NCBI GenBank assembly: GCA_965207225.1
Contig: CBDBLV010000004.1
Location: 704,001 to 768,000, forward strand
Direction: 5' to 3'
DNA: 64,000 bases
DNA from: Dehalococcoidia bacterium
Lineage (GTDB): Bacteria > Chloroflexota > Dehalococcoidia > Plut-88900
The notes below the pieces were generated by a model. That model had not been told where the DNA came from, searched no databases, and saw only the letters and a program-made list of their open reading frames with translations. Positions 40,800-50,751 of the stretch are shown here, piece after piece. A program made the position numbers and the translations under genes. Within the stretch, counting starts at the first letter, position 1, and every line of letters begins with the position of its first letter.

Positions 40800-41528
40800 G
40801 GGCGGTTCCAGCGCCTGCCACATGGCCGCCACAAAGCTGCCACGTCGCAGCAAGCGATCTGGGGTCGAAGGGGCGATTCGACGTTTCTGGGCTTCCATTC
40901 GCCCGTCCGCTCGGGCCATAATCGACCCAGTTTCTGGCTTTTTCCAGTGTTTCATGCCGAGAAAACTGGAGGGTCAGTCCCTGACCCGGAGCGACCTGAT
41001 GGATCGAGCCCCGCTCTCCCGACGGAGTTCCACGAGGGACGAACGCTTCCCGCTGCGTGACGCGGTCTAGGGGTCGAGCTCCGCTCCTCCGACACCGCCT
41101 CGAAAGCAGGTACACGCTGGTTGAAGCGCAGGTAACGCTTCTCCCGGTTCTACATGCCTGCGGCATGGCTGTGAGTTGGTCGGACCGCGGCTTCCACACG
41201 CGCCCGTCTGCCACTCGCAGACCGGCCCCTCATGTCTTCCGCTGCGTTCCCGGGATGCGTTGCGCCCTTGGCGAGCCGCGCTCTTCATGCCCCGCCGTCC
41301 TGTGTTCAATTCGCAGGAGGCCGGTCGCACATCCCACTCAGTAGATTCCCGGAAGGTCCCCTCCCAACGATGTGACCCTGGGCCGAACTGCGTCTTGTTT
41401 CACCCCAATGTCCGATCTCGGCTTCTAGCAATGGGCGTCTTCGGAACGGCATGGGACTCACGGAAGTCAACGATGACGGCGGCGGCAACGGCAACACGAT
41501 GAGCTTCAGCAAGGAGGTCGCAACGACC

Positions 41529-41726
41529 ATGGCGACATTGGCAACCGGAACTCGGACGACGGACACAACGGCGCGGCGCGGACGCAGCCTCGAATATCTG
41601 GTGGACAGGCTGATGGCCACGCGGCTGAGCGAGGAGACCCAGACGGCGTCTCCCACGACAACGCAGAGCTTGGCGCGCTCAGTCCACGACGCGCGGCGAC
41701 TCAGCCAGGCGAGGCTCTATACGTAG
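41529..41726 (+). pseudogene. Truncated paralogue of 14601-15104
   Basis: RSLEYLVDRL...ARSVHDARRL; AAGGAGG RBS. Confidence 0.7.
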
Positions 41727-41792
41727 GCTTGGCCTCCCCACGCGGGGACGCTGGACCGGCCACTCGCCTCAACGGCAACAACAACACCCAAA

Positions 41793-41866
41793 CAGACAGT
41801 CCCGGCCACCGGGACGTGGAACCACGCGGGACTGTCTCCGACACGGGGGCCGTCTCGCTTTTTCAT
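41793..41866 (+). promoter_or_regulatory. Structured leader (attenuator-like), copy 2
   Basis: AGACAGUCCCG/CGGGACUGUCU and GCGGGAC/GUCUCGC-UUUUUC. Confidence 0.6.
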
Positions 41867-41882
41867 TACAGGAGGAAGCGAT

Positions 41883-42750
41883 ATGACGGCTACCAACACT
41901 GCAACCACCAGGAGAGCGGAGACGGCGCTCAGGGCCGCAGCCAGGCGACGGGGGCTGACCATGGGAGAGCTGGCGGACAGGATGGGCGTGAACCCCAGCC
42001 ACCTGTCGAGCATCGCCACGGGGCGCAGGCCCTGGACCCCGGCGATGCGTGAGAAGGCGATGGATGCGCTGGGAGAGGTCCCCAGACAGGGCGTCGTCTA
42101 CCGGCAGGGGGGCGTGGTCGGCGCGGAGAGCAGCTACATCCGTGAGCGGGCACGGGAGATGGGCGGACCTTGCCGAGCGGGCGGGAGTGTCCTACGGCTA
42201 CATGATCCAGGTGTCCCGCGGCCACAGGACCATGGGAGTGAAGGTACAGGCGCGGGTCGAGTCGGCGCTGGAAGCCCCTGCGAAGGTCGCGCCCGAGCGG
42301 TGCGCCGACATGGACCGGCGCGCCGTGTGGGATCGGATGAACGCTCTCGGGGTCAGCCAGAACGAGGTCGCCCGTCGGGCCGGCGTCAGCTCAGGCCACC
42401 TCTCCCAGATCATGACCGGCCGGCGCAGTCCGTCACCTGGGGTACTGAAGAGGCTGCACGCGGCGCTCTTCCAGCCGACCCAGGCCGAAGAGCGAGTGAT
42501 GCCAGCCGAGCTGAAGGTGATGGGGTGGCGAATGGGCGACCGCCGGGGGATGGTGGTGCGCGGTGCGGGAGGACCCGGACGCGGGGACGGCGGCGGCGCC
42601 GTGCGTACCGGCGGCCGGGCGCCGGAGGGGGCCACTGTGGAGTACGCCTACCGCGCCGGGTACGACGGCCGGGGACGGGTGTCTGTGGAGCATGTGGTCG
42701 AGCGGGGCTGCTCCGCCATGCTGAAGCGGCCGGAGGCGGCTATCGCGTAA
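41883..42750 (+). pseudogene. Multi-XRE-HTH regulator of ICE2 (three HTH domains), frameshifted near 42165
   Basis: Paralogue of 12984-14141 split over two frames. Confidence 0.85.
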
Positions 42751-43461
42751 CGCTCTTCGCGTGCGTCCTTCATCCTTCCGCCTGAGCGGAACTCAGGGAT
42801 CTCGCAGAAGGGGGATGACATCGTTGACTGAGCGATGTCATCTCTCTGGCTGCACATGTATGTCGCCCATTTTGCGTTTCTGGCGAGGCCGCTCCCTGTC
42901 GCCCAGGAATGTGTGCGGCCTTTTTTGCGTTTAAGGCCAAGTTAGACAGGAGATCCCTGGCTGCTGCGCAGGCAGATCAGACGAATGGGGCTGCGGCCTG
43001 GACGAGTAGGCATGGTCTAGGGTTACTGGGATGTCGACCGAAAACTGAAGGAGCGAACGATCCCCTTCTCGGGGTCCAACGTTCGTTGCTAACTCCGGAC
43101 GGTCATCTATGCGGCCATTCTTGCGTTTCAGGCGCTGCTCACCCTCCGCATGCGCGGGGCCGATCGTCAAACCGAACTATGATGAACAGGTAGTCGAAGT
43201 GTACGCCAAGCGCCATCTGAAAACGCCAGCGGGGTGTCCACCCGCCCAGCGTCGTGCAGCGCGGCCAGTATGCTGTAGTGAGCGCTTCCCACGGACGGGG
43301 CCGAGTCCAATGCATCCTGCATACGGCGTCCCAGGTCTAGGCTCTCTTTGATACATATGACATCTCCAGACATGATCGAGTAGGGTTACACTATGCTTGG
43401 CGAGTCCCTGGCATGCAGTACAAGTTGCCAGACTTACTTGAATATATGAAAGGTGGCAGCA

Positions 43462-44271
43462 ATGAAATCCGAGTTCTCAGAATTCTCATATGGCTTTGCG
43501 TTTACTGACGCGTTCGTTAGACGTAGGGGCAGTCTCACCACAGCTCCTGTGTTTCCGAACCTGAGGGACGAAGGGTCCAAGGGATGGGACGTGCGCCTGA
43601 ATCTTCCTGGAGCATCCTTTTTTCTGCAGTTCAAGCTCTCTGACCGTCTGACACGTCCAAACGCGACTTACTGGGCTGTTCATGGGGGAGAATACTCTCG
43701 AATTGACATTACACCGCTAGGCAGGTCGCCTCAGCACAACCTGCTAAAGGATCTGAACGACCGTGGCGAGGACAACGTGTTTTACGTCGCTCCGTTCTTC
43801 TACACGATGAGTGAATTCGATGACGCGTACATATCAAACACCATTTACGACCGTAGCCTCCTAGTCCCCGTAAGCAGACTTCGGCGCTTGACTGATTATG
43901 AAGATCACCACATTACTTTCGATGGGTCTAACGACTTTCGTTGGCACACGGACGAGGAAAATCTTCATGGCCAGCTAATTGAGGGTGACTTCTCCGCAGA
44001 ACGCTTGGACAGTCACCTTCTAGAACTATCTCGCCAAGGGTCATTTGAAACCGTAACCCGAGGTTACTTCATGAACCTCAGGGGTCTCTTAGAAGGTATT
44101 CTCGAGAGAGCGCCTGGTGTTGTACTCAAACGGTTTGAGGCCTCGGATACTGCAAATCGTGACACTGACGGTCCCTTTGGAGAAACAATGTCGGCCATCA
44201 AGTATTACCTGACGACCTACTTTGGACTTGAGATGTTCATGGTGTACCAAGAACTAGGGTCTCCGGAGTAA
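43462..44271 (+). CDS. Putative restriction-endonuclease-like protein
   Basis: E...GWDV...FLQFK pattern resembling PD-(D/E)xK; lower GC. Confidence 0.55.
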   Translation: MKSEFSEFSYGFAFTDAFVRRRGSLTTAPVFPNLRDEGSKGWDVRLNLPGASFFLQFKLSDRLTRPNATYWAVHGGEYSRIDITPLGRSPQHNLLKDLNDRGEDNVFYVAPFFYTMSEFDDAYISNTIYDRSLLVPVSRLRRLTDYEDHHITFDGSNDFRWHTDEENLHGQLIEGDFSAERLDSHLLELSRQGSFETVTRGYFMNLRGLLEGILERAPGVVLKRFEASDTANRDTDGPFGETMSAIKYYLTTYFGLEMFMVYQELGSPE

Positions 44272-44342
44272 CTTGGCCCCAACAGCCCGAATGTATATGT
44301 GGCCAAGCGCATCCACATGGGCGCAACTGGGCTCGAATGGGT

Positions 44343-45185
44343 CTACAGTGTGGATGACCGAAAGTATCTGTTCCCCAGATAGTCCAGGTATCCCCGGTCG
44401 ACCTGTCCAAAGGCGCCCAGCCTTGCGTAGAGCTCCTGGTAGGACAATGCCTTGAACCCAAGCTCATGCCCCACCCTCTCTTCGAAGAGATCAACTTCAC
44501 TCCTGTGGGCCTCTGCCCGATCGCCTAGGTAGTCGTAGTACAGGTAGTGGAGGCTGAATCTATTGCCGAGTTGCGTAGCGAGACCAAGCGCGTGCTTGAG
44601 GAGTTGCCGCGGATCTAGGTACTCGAACCGTTGCCAATCGCCACGGCGTTCCTCTGCCCACAGCTCTTCAGCAAGGGCTTGGCAAGCGGGAAGGCCCTTC
44701 TCTGTCCACAGCTGGTGGGGTCCAGGGAAGTAGGCTGTCCTGAATTTTGACTTGCCTCGAGTCGAACGCTTCATGTGCTCTGTGAACTTGGCCTCGACGG
44801 CGATCACGAAGCCGCTGCTCTGCGTTACGGCCACATCAAGATGCGGCGGATTCCCAGGCAGGCCAGTGTCGAACTGAGCTTCGAAGTCAAGGGTTTCTCC
44901 ACCTACGTAATCTACCTCCAAGGCGACCATGAGGGGTCTCATGTCTCTGACAGTCCAGTAGTCGAAGAGGTTGGCGGTGAGCGCAGAGGATGAGTGAAGC
45001 GCTCTCATGCGGCCGCTCAATTCCTTACCGGCCCCTGCTTCAAATGCCCGCCGGGCGCGGGGAGTTAGTGGTTTCCATAAATTGTCCTCAACGCTCTCCA
45101 CGTAACCACGCGAGTCAAAGGCGATATCCTTCGACCTTGCCCAAGCCTTCTGAGCCTGCCTTATCTCTTCGTAGGAGTGTCCCAT
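44343..45185 (-). CDS. PGN_0703-like putative restriction endonuclease
   Basis: HSSSAL..N.F, FEAQF, PHLDV...AVEAKFTE, QLLKH. Confidence 0.75.
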   Translation of the reverse strand: MGHSYEEIRQAQKAWARSKDIAFDSRGYVESVEDNLWKPLTPRARRAFEAGAGKELSGRMRALHSSSALTANLFDYWTVRDMRPLMVALEVDYVGGETLDFEAQFDTGLPGNPPHLDVAVTQSSGFVIAVEAKFTEHMKRSTRGKSKFRTAYFPGPHQLWTEKGLPACQALAEELWAEERRGDWQRFEYLDPRQLLKHALGLATQLGNRFSLHYLYYDYLGDRAEAHRSEVDLFEERVGHELGFKALSYQELYARLGAFGQVDRGYLDYLGNRYFRSSTL

Positions 45186-45880
45186 GCGTCTATCAGGCGC
45201 GTGTCTGCTACCGAGCCTCCCCTGAACCCATGCAAGGAAACGTTTCGACCATGAATCTAACAGAATTCGTGATCCTTATGCCGTATCATACTCTCTGCCA
45301 CCCGGATGAAGTGGATATTCCTATGTGGCCTAGTTACGGGACGGTGGTCTGGATCCACATGGGCCACCCACTATCGCGGGACACGGATTCCCTTGATAGC
45401 TGATCGTACACCTATCGGCTCATCTAAAATTAGTTTGCAGTGCGGGTAATATAGCATATGTCTCAAATGAGATTGGATTATCCACATTCAGATTCCATGT
45501 GGAGAATTCCCACATGGACGTACTTGTGGCTTTGGGACTGTTGCCTACTCTGGTTGAGGAACATGCTATTACAGGCTTCGGACTCCAGGAGGCGGACTGA
45601 GGCTGAGCTTGCGGCCCGGAAGTGCGCGCGGAGCGGTTGTCGTCGCTCTCGCCGTCAGGTGGACGCCTCAAAGCTCTAGTCCAGACTTGCGGGATATCGG
45701 CCTACCGTTAACTGCGCGATGACCGGACGGCCGACGACGAGGTTCATGATATCCTCGCGGCGGGACATCCGACTACGGACCGTCAGAACCCAAGCGCGTA
45801 TTTCGATGCCAGACGCGCCGGACTCTAAGCGTACGCCAACTTGGCGCTTGTGGCCGGGCCCGTCTGTCGAGGGATGGATT

Positions 45881-47367
45881 CTATTTTCCGGCTTCGTATT
45901 CGGAGAACGCCTGCCCGATGATCCTATCTATTCTGGGAAAGTCGTTTTCAGCGAAGTCATCTAACCATCCCATTATCTTGTCTCGCAAACGCTGAGGATC
46001 CGAAAAGTCGCCGACCTCAGTTATTGGACCTGCCCTGTAGAGACTTCTATACGATCTCAGTTCCCGATATGCGCGGTTGAAAAGGACCAAGTGTTGGCGG
46101 GTGGTCGCATATATCTTGCGCCGTATGGGTCCGTTTCCCGGGCCGAGCATCAAGACCAGATATGGATGCCCCAGCGTGTAATCAATTTCAAACAACAGCG
46201 CGGGCGAAGGTTCCCCGACCCTCCAAGCGCCTGCGGTTCCGGTTTTGAAGGAATCGAACTCGTCCCAACCATTGGAACTGAATCGGATATGATTCGGGGA
46301 CCTCCCCTCCTCTTTCCACAACGGACTTCGCGCGATTGCCTCTTGGAAGATTTGCTCCGTCTCAATTACGATGTTCGGTTTATTCTTGTAGATGAGTTCG
46401 ATGGCCTCATGATGCTCCAAGTAGATTTTGCGGGCTAGTTGCTGAGTTTCGGTGGATTCTGGCACGATACGCCTCCTCAATGCTGTGGCGTAGAATTGCA
46501 GAGCGGCGCGGGCTTCCTCACTGATTGGATCGCCCGGATTGGCGATGGTTCGTTCTACCAGTTCCAAGATGGCGGCATAGCCGACGGGAACCCAATGCGC
46601 TCGTTCCGTTTCCTCCTGAGACTGCCTTCCGGTCGGCGTCAGGAATACAAATTGTCTGGTGTAATCTGGGTACGCATCTTCCAAGACTCGACGATAGCTG
46701 GATAACTGGCGGTTGCCTTCTGGGGCTTGGATCTTGTTTTCGATGGCGCACAGGAATTTCGCGGTCGGATCCACGATGAGTATGTCTATACGGCGCTCTT
46801 CTCTACGCGCGTCGCTGGCCGACCAGTCGATGGCGTTGATTTCGCAGGCAGAGGCAACGGCGATTCCAAAGTCTTCCGCCCGCGCCGACACCTCTCGCAG
46901 GAAGTTCTTGAGGAAGTAAGCATCCGCCCGGTGGTCGCCGCTAGGGTGCAACAGCCATCTCAGAAAATTGGAGTGCGCCGCCTCCATTTGGCTGATTCCC
47001 AACGTTCCTAAGAAATCCAGCCTCGGTATCTCTGGTTTGGCCTCAGCCAGCAAATCCTCCAGTTGCGCCAAGTCGTTATCGTCGGCGAAATTCCGAAGGG
47101 ACCTCATCGCGTTCCGTTTCACTGCCGCCCCTTCGTCCGAGACCAGCCTCTCCAGCCGCGCTAGGTCAGGAACCAAGCGGTTCAAGCTCGCTGTTGTCCG
47201 TTCCCCTTCGTCCGAGACCAGCCTCTCCAGCCGCGTCAGGTCGGGAAGCAGGTGGTTCAGACTGGCTGTTGCCCGTTCCTCTTCATCCGCAACCAGCCTT
47301 CCAGTCGCGTCAACTCGGGAAGCAAGTGGTTCAAGCTCTCTGTTTCGCCATCATTGGATTGCAACAT
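45881..47367 (-). CDS. PD-(D/E)xK nuclease (PDDEXK_4-like) with three N-terminal 25-aa repeats; frameshift in the first repeat
   Basis: EAAHSNFLRWLL, RIDILI, AIENKI, QLSSY; AGGAG RBS before ATG 47367. Confidence 0.82.
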
Positions 47368-47513
47368 ATCACTCCTCTTTCGGAGGCTCTGGCTCTCCGT
47401 AGGGCGGTGGAGCATCTGGATATGGTCGATACAGGATCAATCGTAGCGGCGCCAAGTCCACCTCGCCGTTGCTCCCCGCCGGGTTCGAGGCTGGGCGAGG
47501 CCCACACGCCCAC

Positions 47514-50500
47514 TCAGCGTCCCTGATTGCCGAACTCTTGCAAGGTGGAGGTGGAGTCGCCGTCTATATCCGCCTTCATCGCGGGGTACTGCGCCGATGT
47601 CCCGAAGTCCCAGACCACAGCGTCCCAAGCGGAGTATATCCCGACGGCGGATGTAGGAGACTGCAACTCCGCCGTCGTCTTGCCAACGCCACCCGAACTC
47701 GCCGACAGCCCGCTGCTCCCGGTGTCCCAGTAGCTGGCGGATACCTGCGCGCGCCTGTGGCGCGAGCCGACCAGTCCTCCCGCTTGGCTGGAAGCCGTAA
47801 CGTCGCCCGTGGCGTAGCCGCTGGTGATTCTCCCCTCGTTGCGTCCCACCAATCCGCCCGCTTCACTCGATGCCGTAACGTCGCCCGTGGCGTAACCGTT
47901 CGTCATGATCGCATCGTTGCGACCGACGAGACCGCCGATCAGGGTGGCTCCCGACACGTCGCCCGTGGCGTAGCCGACCGTGAGGATCTCGTAGTTCCAT
48001 CCCACCAGGCCGCCCACGTAGTCGTCGCCGCTTACCTCCGCCGACGAGCAACCATTCTTGACGGCTCCGTCGTTCCTTCCGGTTATGCCGCCCACGTAGT
48101 CTCTGCCCGCCACGTCGCCGGAGACGCAGACGGAGGTCACACGCGAGTCGTTGTTGTACCCGACTAGGCCGCCCACCGCGTCTCTACCGGTCACGTCAAC
48201 TGACACCAGCCTGAGGTTTCTGACGGTACTCAGCCCCCCGGTATTGGCGAACAGGCCGACGCGGTCCGTGGAGTCTCTGTCTATGAACAGGTTGGAGAGC
48301 GAGCGCCCGTTGCCGTCGAAGATGGCTCGGAATTCGTTGGAAGAGTCTCCGATAGGGTCCCAGCCGCTGCCGTCGTTCCAGTAGTCGTCCTCGGAGTCCG
48401 CCGAGCCGTCGCCGTCGGTGTCGAAGTCCAGGTCTGCCGTCAACTCGTAGCCCTTGCACCCGGTGGAGGGACACCCCATGCCGTCTGACGCGCGCGGGAA
48501 CGCGACTGCGTGTGAGGCGTTCGTGGACGCCCCGTTTCCGTCTAGGTCCCACCTGACGGCGTCGAGCTGCGCCAGGCTTGACACTTCTATCAGTCCGTCG
48601 TCGTCAGCGTCGTAGTCCACGACGACGCTGAGTATCTCGATCTCCACCGTCGCGCTGTCCGTTCCGCTACGACCGTCGCTCGCTCCCACCGTCAGGGTGT
48701 AGGACGGCGTGGTCGCGTGGTCCAGCTCTCCCGCGACGCTGATGACGCCGGAGCTCTCGCCGATGGCGAACTTGCCGTCTCCGTTGCCCGCCGTGATCGA
48801 GTACGACAGCGCGTCAAGGTCTGCGGCGAATACCGTACCGACCTCGTACCCCGATGAAGCGTCTTCGGCGACGGAGAACGAGTACGCGGACTCAGAGAAC
48901 TCAGGGGCATGGTTGCAATGACCATCCCTCACCAATACGGACGACGGCTCGCCCCATTGGGCAGCGTAGCGAATCCCGTCGCCGTATGAGCGCACCCTGA
49001 ACTCGTAGGACGAAGCGCACCACAGGTCCTGCGAGGGCGCGTACCACTGATTGTCCTCTTCTGCGAACGGCGTGGTGTCAGTCCAGTCCTGAACGCCGGG
49101 AATGCGTGTCTGGAGGGCGTATTGGCTCGCGCCGGACACCGCGTTCCACGCTACCAAGTACCCGTTGCCCGCCCTCGACGAACGCAAGTTCGTGGGCGCG
49201 GGAGCGTAAGGCTCGCGTATCCGAACCATCAGCAGGTCGCCGTCCTCCCACGGCTGGGTTGTCGCCGACCAACTCAGGGCGTTGTTCGCGGCGTCCACCG
49301 TCGCGGCGGAGACGGCCAGCGACAGCGACACCGAGCCGTCCGTCTCGATGAAGTCCACGAAGTGGCCCGCGAGTCCGGTGTGCGGGCTGACCGTCATCTT
49401 CACCGCGCCGGACTCCCACTCTATGCGGCTGACGGTCGCCGCCGCGTCGTTGGCGTCGGTGAACGCGGCGGGTTTCAGAACTCCGTTCGTGGCGTCTGCT
49501 GCGACCGCCGCGCCATCCGCAACCGGGTCGAAGAAGAACTCGTGCAGGGAGCCGACGGGGGACGTCACGCTGACGAACAGCTCAATGGAGTTCCTCGCCC
49601 TGTCCGGAAGGTAACCGCAGGGGATGAACCTACTCGCCTGACGTTTTTTGTAGAAGGCGTACTCGCCGGCGGGCAGCGGACGCTTCGCTAATGTCACGCC
49701 GTTGCTGTGGGACGCGATCTCGAATAGTTCAGCGTCTCCGCCGCCGAGCCATACTCTACTGCCTTCCGCATGGGGGATCGCCTCTACAACGGTCCCGACG
49801 GGCATGCCTGACGCCAGGGAATGGTCATATCGCAGGTACGTACTCCCGCCACTCTCCTTCACGCCGTTCGCGAGAGTTTCGTCCCAGAAGCTCGCCCGGA
49901 TGCATTTGAGATGCCCCTCCACGCCCTCGCCGTCCCTGCGCCACTTCTCCATCCTCGCTGCCAGAGTCCGCATCTCAGCGACGCTAATCGTCTCGGGCTG
50001 CGTCGTCGCATCCAACAGGAAGCGCGCCTCGCCGGACGACGTCCCGGACGCGCCCGCAGACGCCGGCTCAGCCGACGGCAGCCACAATCCGTACTTGCTT
50101 TCTATCGTATAGGCGTATATGCGCCCGAAAGCGTATCGCTCGTCTCCGTCCGTCGAACCGGGCACCGGCTGCCGCGTCAGCATGATGATTGCTTCCCTGC
50201 CGTCCCAGCGCGTGTCGCGGTCGCGGGCCAGGGCTCTGGCGGCCTCCAGAGCAGCCTCCATGCTCGTATAAGGGTTCTCCATGTTGAATCTTCGCCACTC
50301 GAAAGGCTGGCCCCGAACCCCCGTCTCCATGACGCGTCTTATCTCTCCGACCCTCGATTCCACGGTTGCGACTGCGACCAGTTCGTCGCCGCCACCGCCT
50401 TTGAGGTACTCGAAAACCTCGAAGGTGAACTCCACCAGCCCTTGGTATATCTCCGTTCCGTCATCTCGCTCGCCGACGAACTCGGCCGACACCCCGGTAC

Positions 50501-50735
50501 TCTTCAGCTTTGCGCGCGCTATGACGGCGGCTTCGAACACCCGCTCATTCAACCCGGCGTCTCCTAATATGGGAGAAACGAAACTGCCAGATGACCGTCG
50601 TAGGGGCTCGACTGAATGATCGTTGTCCGCGCAGCCGGCTGCGAAGAGCGTCGTCAGCAATGCCAACGCGAGCGGCGTCAACGCGCTGGTCCATATCGAC
50701 AATGAGCGCCATGCTTGCGGTCTTCGCAGAATCAT
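47514..50735 (-). CDS. Large lipoprotein with FN3-like, cadherin and GLUG-repeat domains
   Basis: Lipobox AAGC; NHAPEF..YSFSVAED; repeated VGGLVG.N...YATGDV. Confidence 0.88.
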   Translation of the reverse strand: MILRRPQAWRSLSIWTSALTPLALALLTTLFAAGCADNDHSVEPLRRSSGSFVSPILGDAGLNERVFEAAVIARAKLKSTGVSAEFVGERDDGTEIYQGLVEFTFEVFEYLKGGGGDELVAVATVESRVGEIRRVMETGVRGQPFEWRRFNMENPYTSMEAALEAARALARDRDTRWDGREAIIMLTRQPVPGSTDGDERYAFGRIYAYTIESKYGLWLPSAEPASAGASGTSSGEARFLLDATTQPETISVAEMRTLAARMEKWRRDGEGVEGHLKCIRASFWDETLANGVKESGGSTYLRYDHSLASGMPVGTVVEAIPHAEGSRVWLGGGDAELFEIASHSNGVTLAKRPLPAGEYAFYKKRQASRFIPCGYLPDRARNSIELFVSVTSPVGSLHEFFFDPVADGAAVAADATNGVLKPAAFTDANDAAATVSRIEWESGAVKMTVSPHTGLAGHFVDFIETDGSVSLSLAVSAATVDAANNALSWSATTQPWEDGDLLMVRIREPYAPAPTNLRSSRAGNGYLVAWNAVSGASQYALQTRIPGVQDWTDTTPFAEEDNQWYAPSQDLWCASSYEFRVRSYGDGIRYAAQWGEPSSVLVRDGHCNHAPEFSESAYSFSVAEDASSGYEVGTVFAADLDALSYSITAGNGDGKFAIGESSGVISVAGELDHATTPSYTLTVGASDGRSGTDSATVEIEILSVVVDYDADDDGLIEVSSLAQLDAVRWDLDGNGASTNASHAVAFPRASDGMGCPSTGCKGYELTADLDFDTDGDGSADSEDDYWNDGSGWDPIGDSSNEFRAIFDGNGRSLSNLFIDRDSTDRVGLFANTGGLSTVRNLRLVSVDVTGRDAVGGLVGYNNDSRVTSVCVSGDVAGRDYVGGITGRNDGAVKNGCSSAEVSGDDYVGGLVGWNYEILTVGYATGDVSGATLIGGLVGRNDAIMTNGYATGDVTASSEAGGLVGRNEGRITSGYATGDVTASSQAGGLVGSRHRRAQVSASYWDTGSSGLSASSGGVGKTTAELQSPTSAVGIYSAWDAVVWDFGTSAQYPAMKADIDGDSTSTLQEFGNQGR

Positions 50736-50751
50736 CCCGTCCTCCGTACCT

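Noticed and set aside
42800-43400. Short ORFs here and at 45200-45880
   Set aside because: No recognisable motifs or convincing RBS; probably decayed sequence
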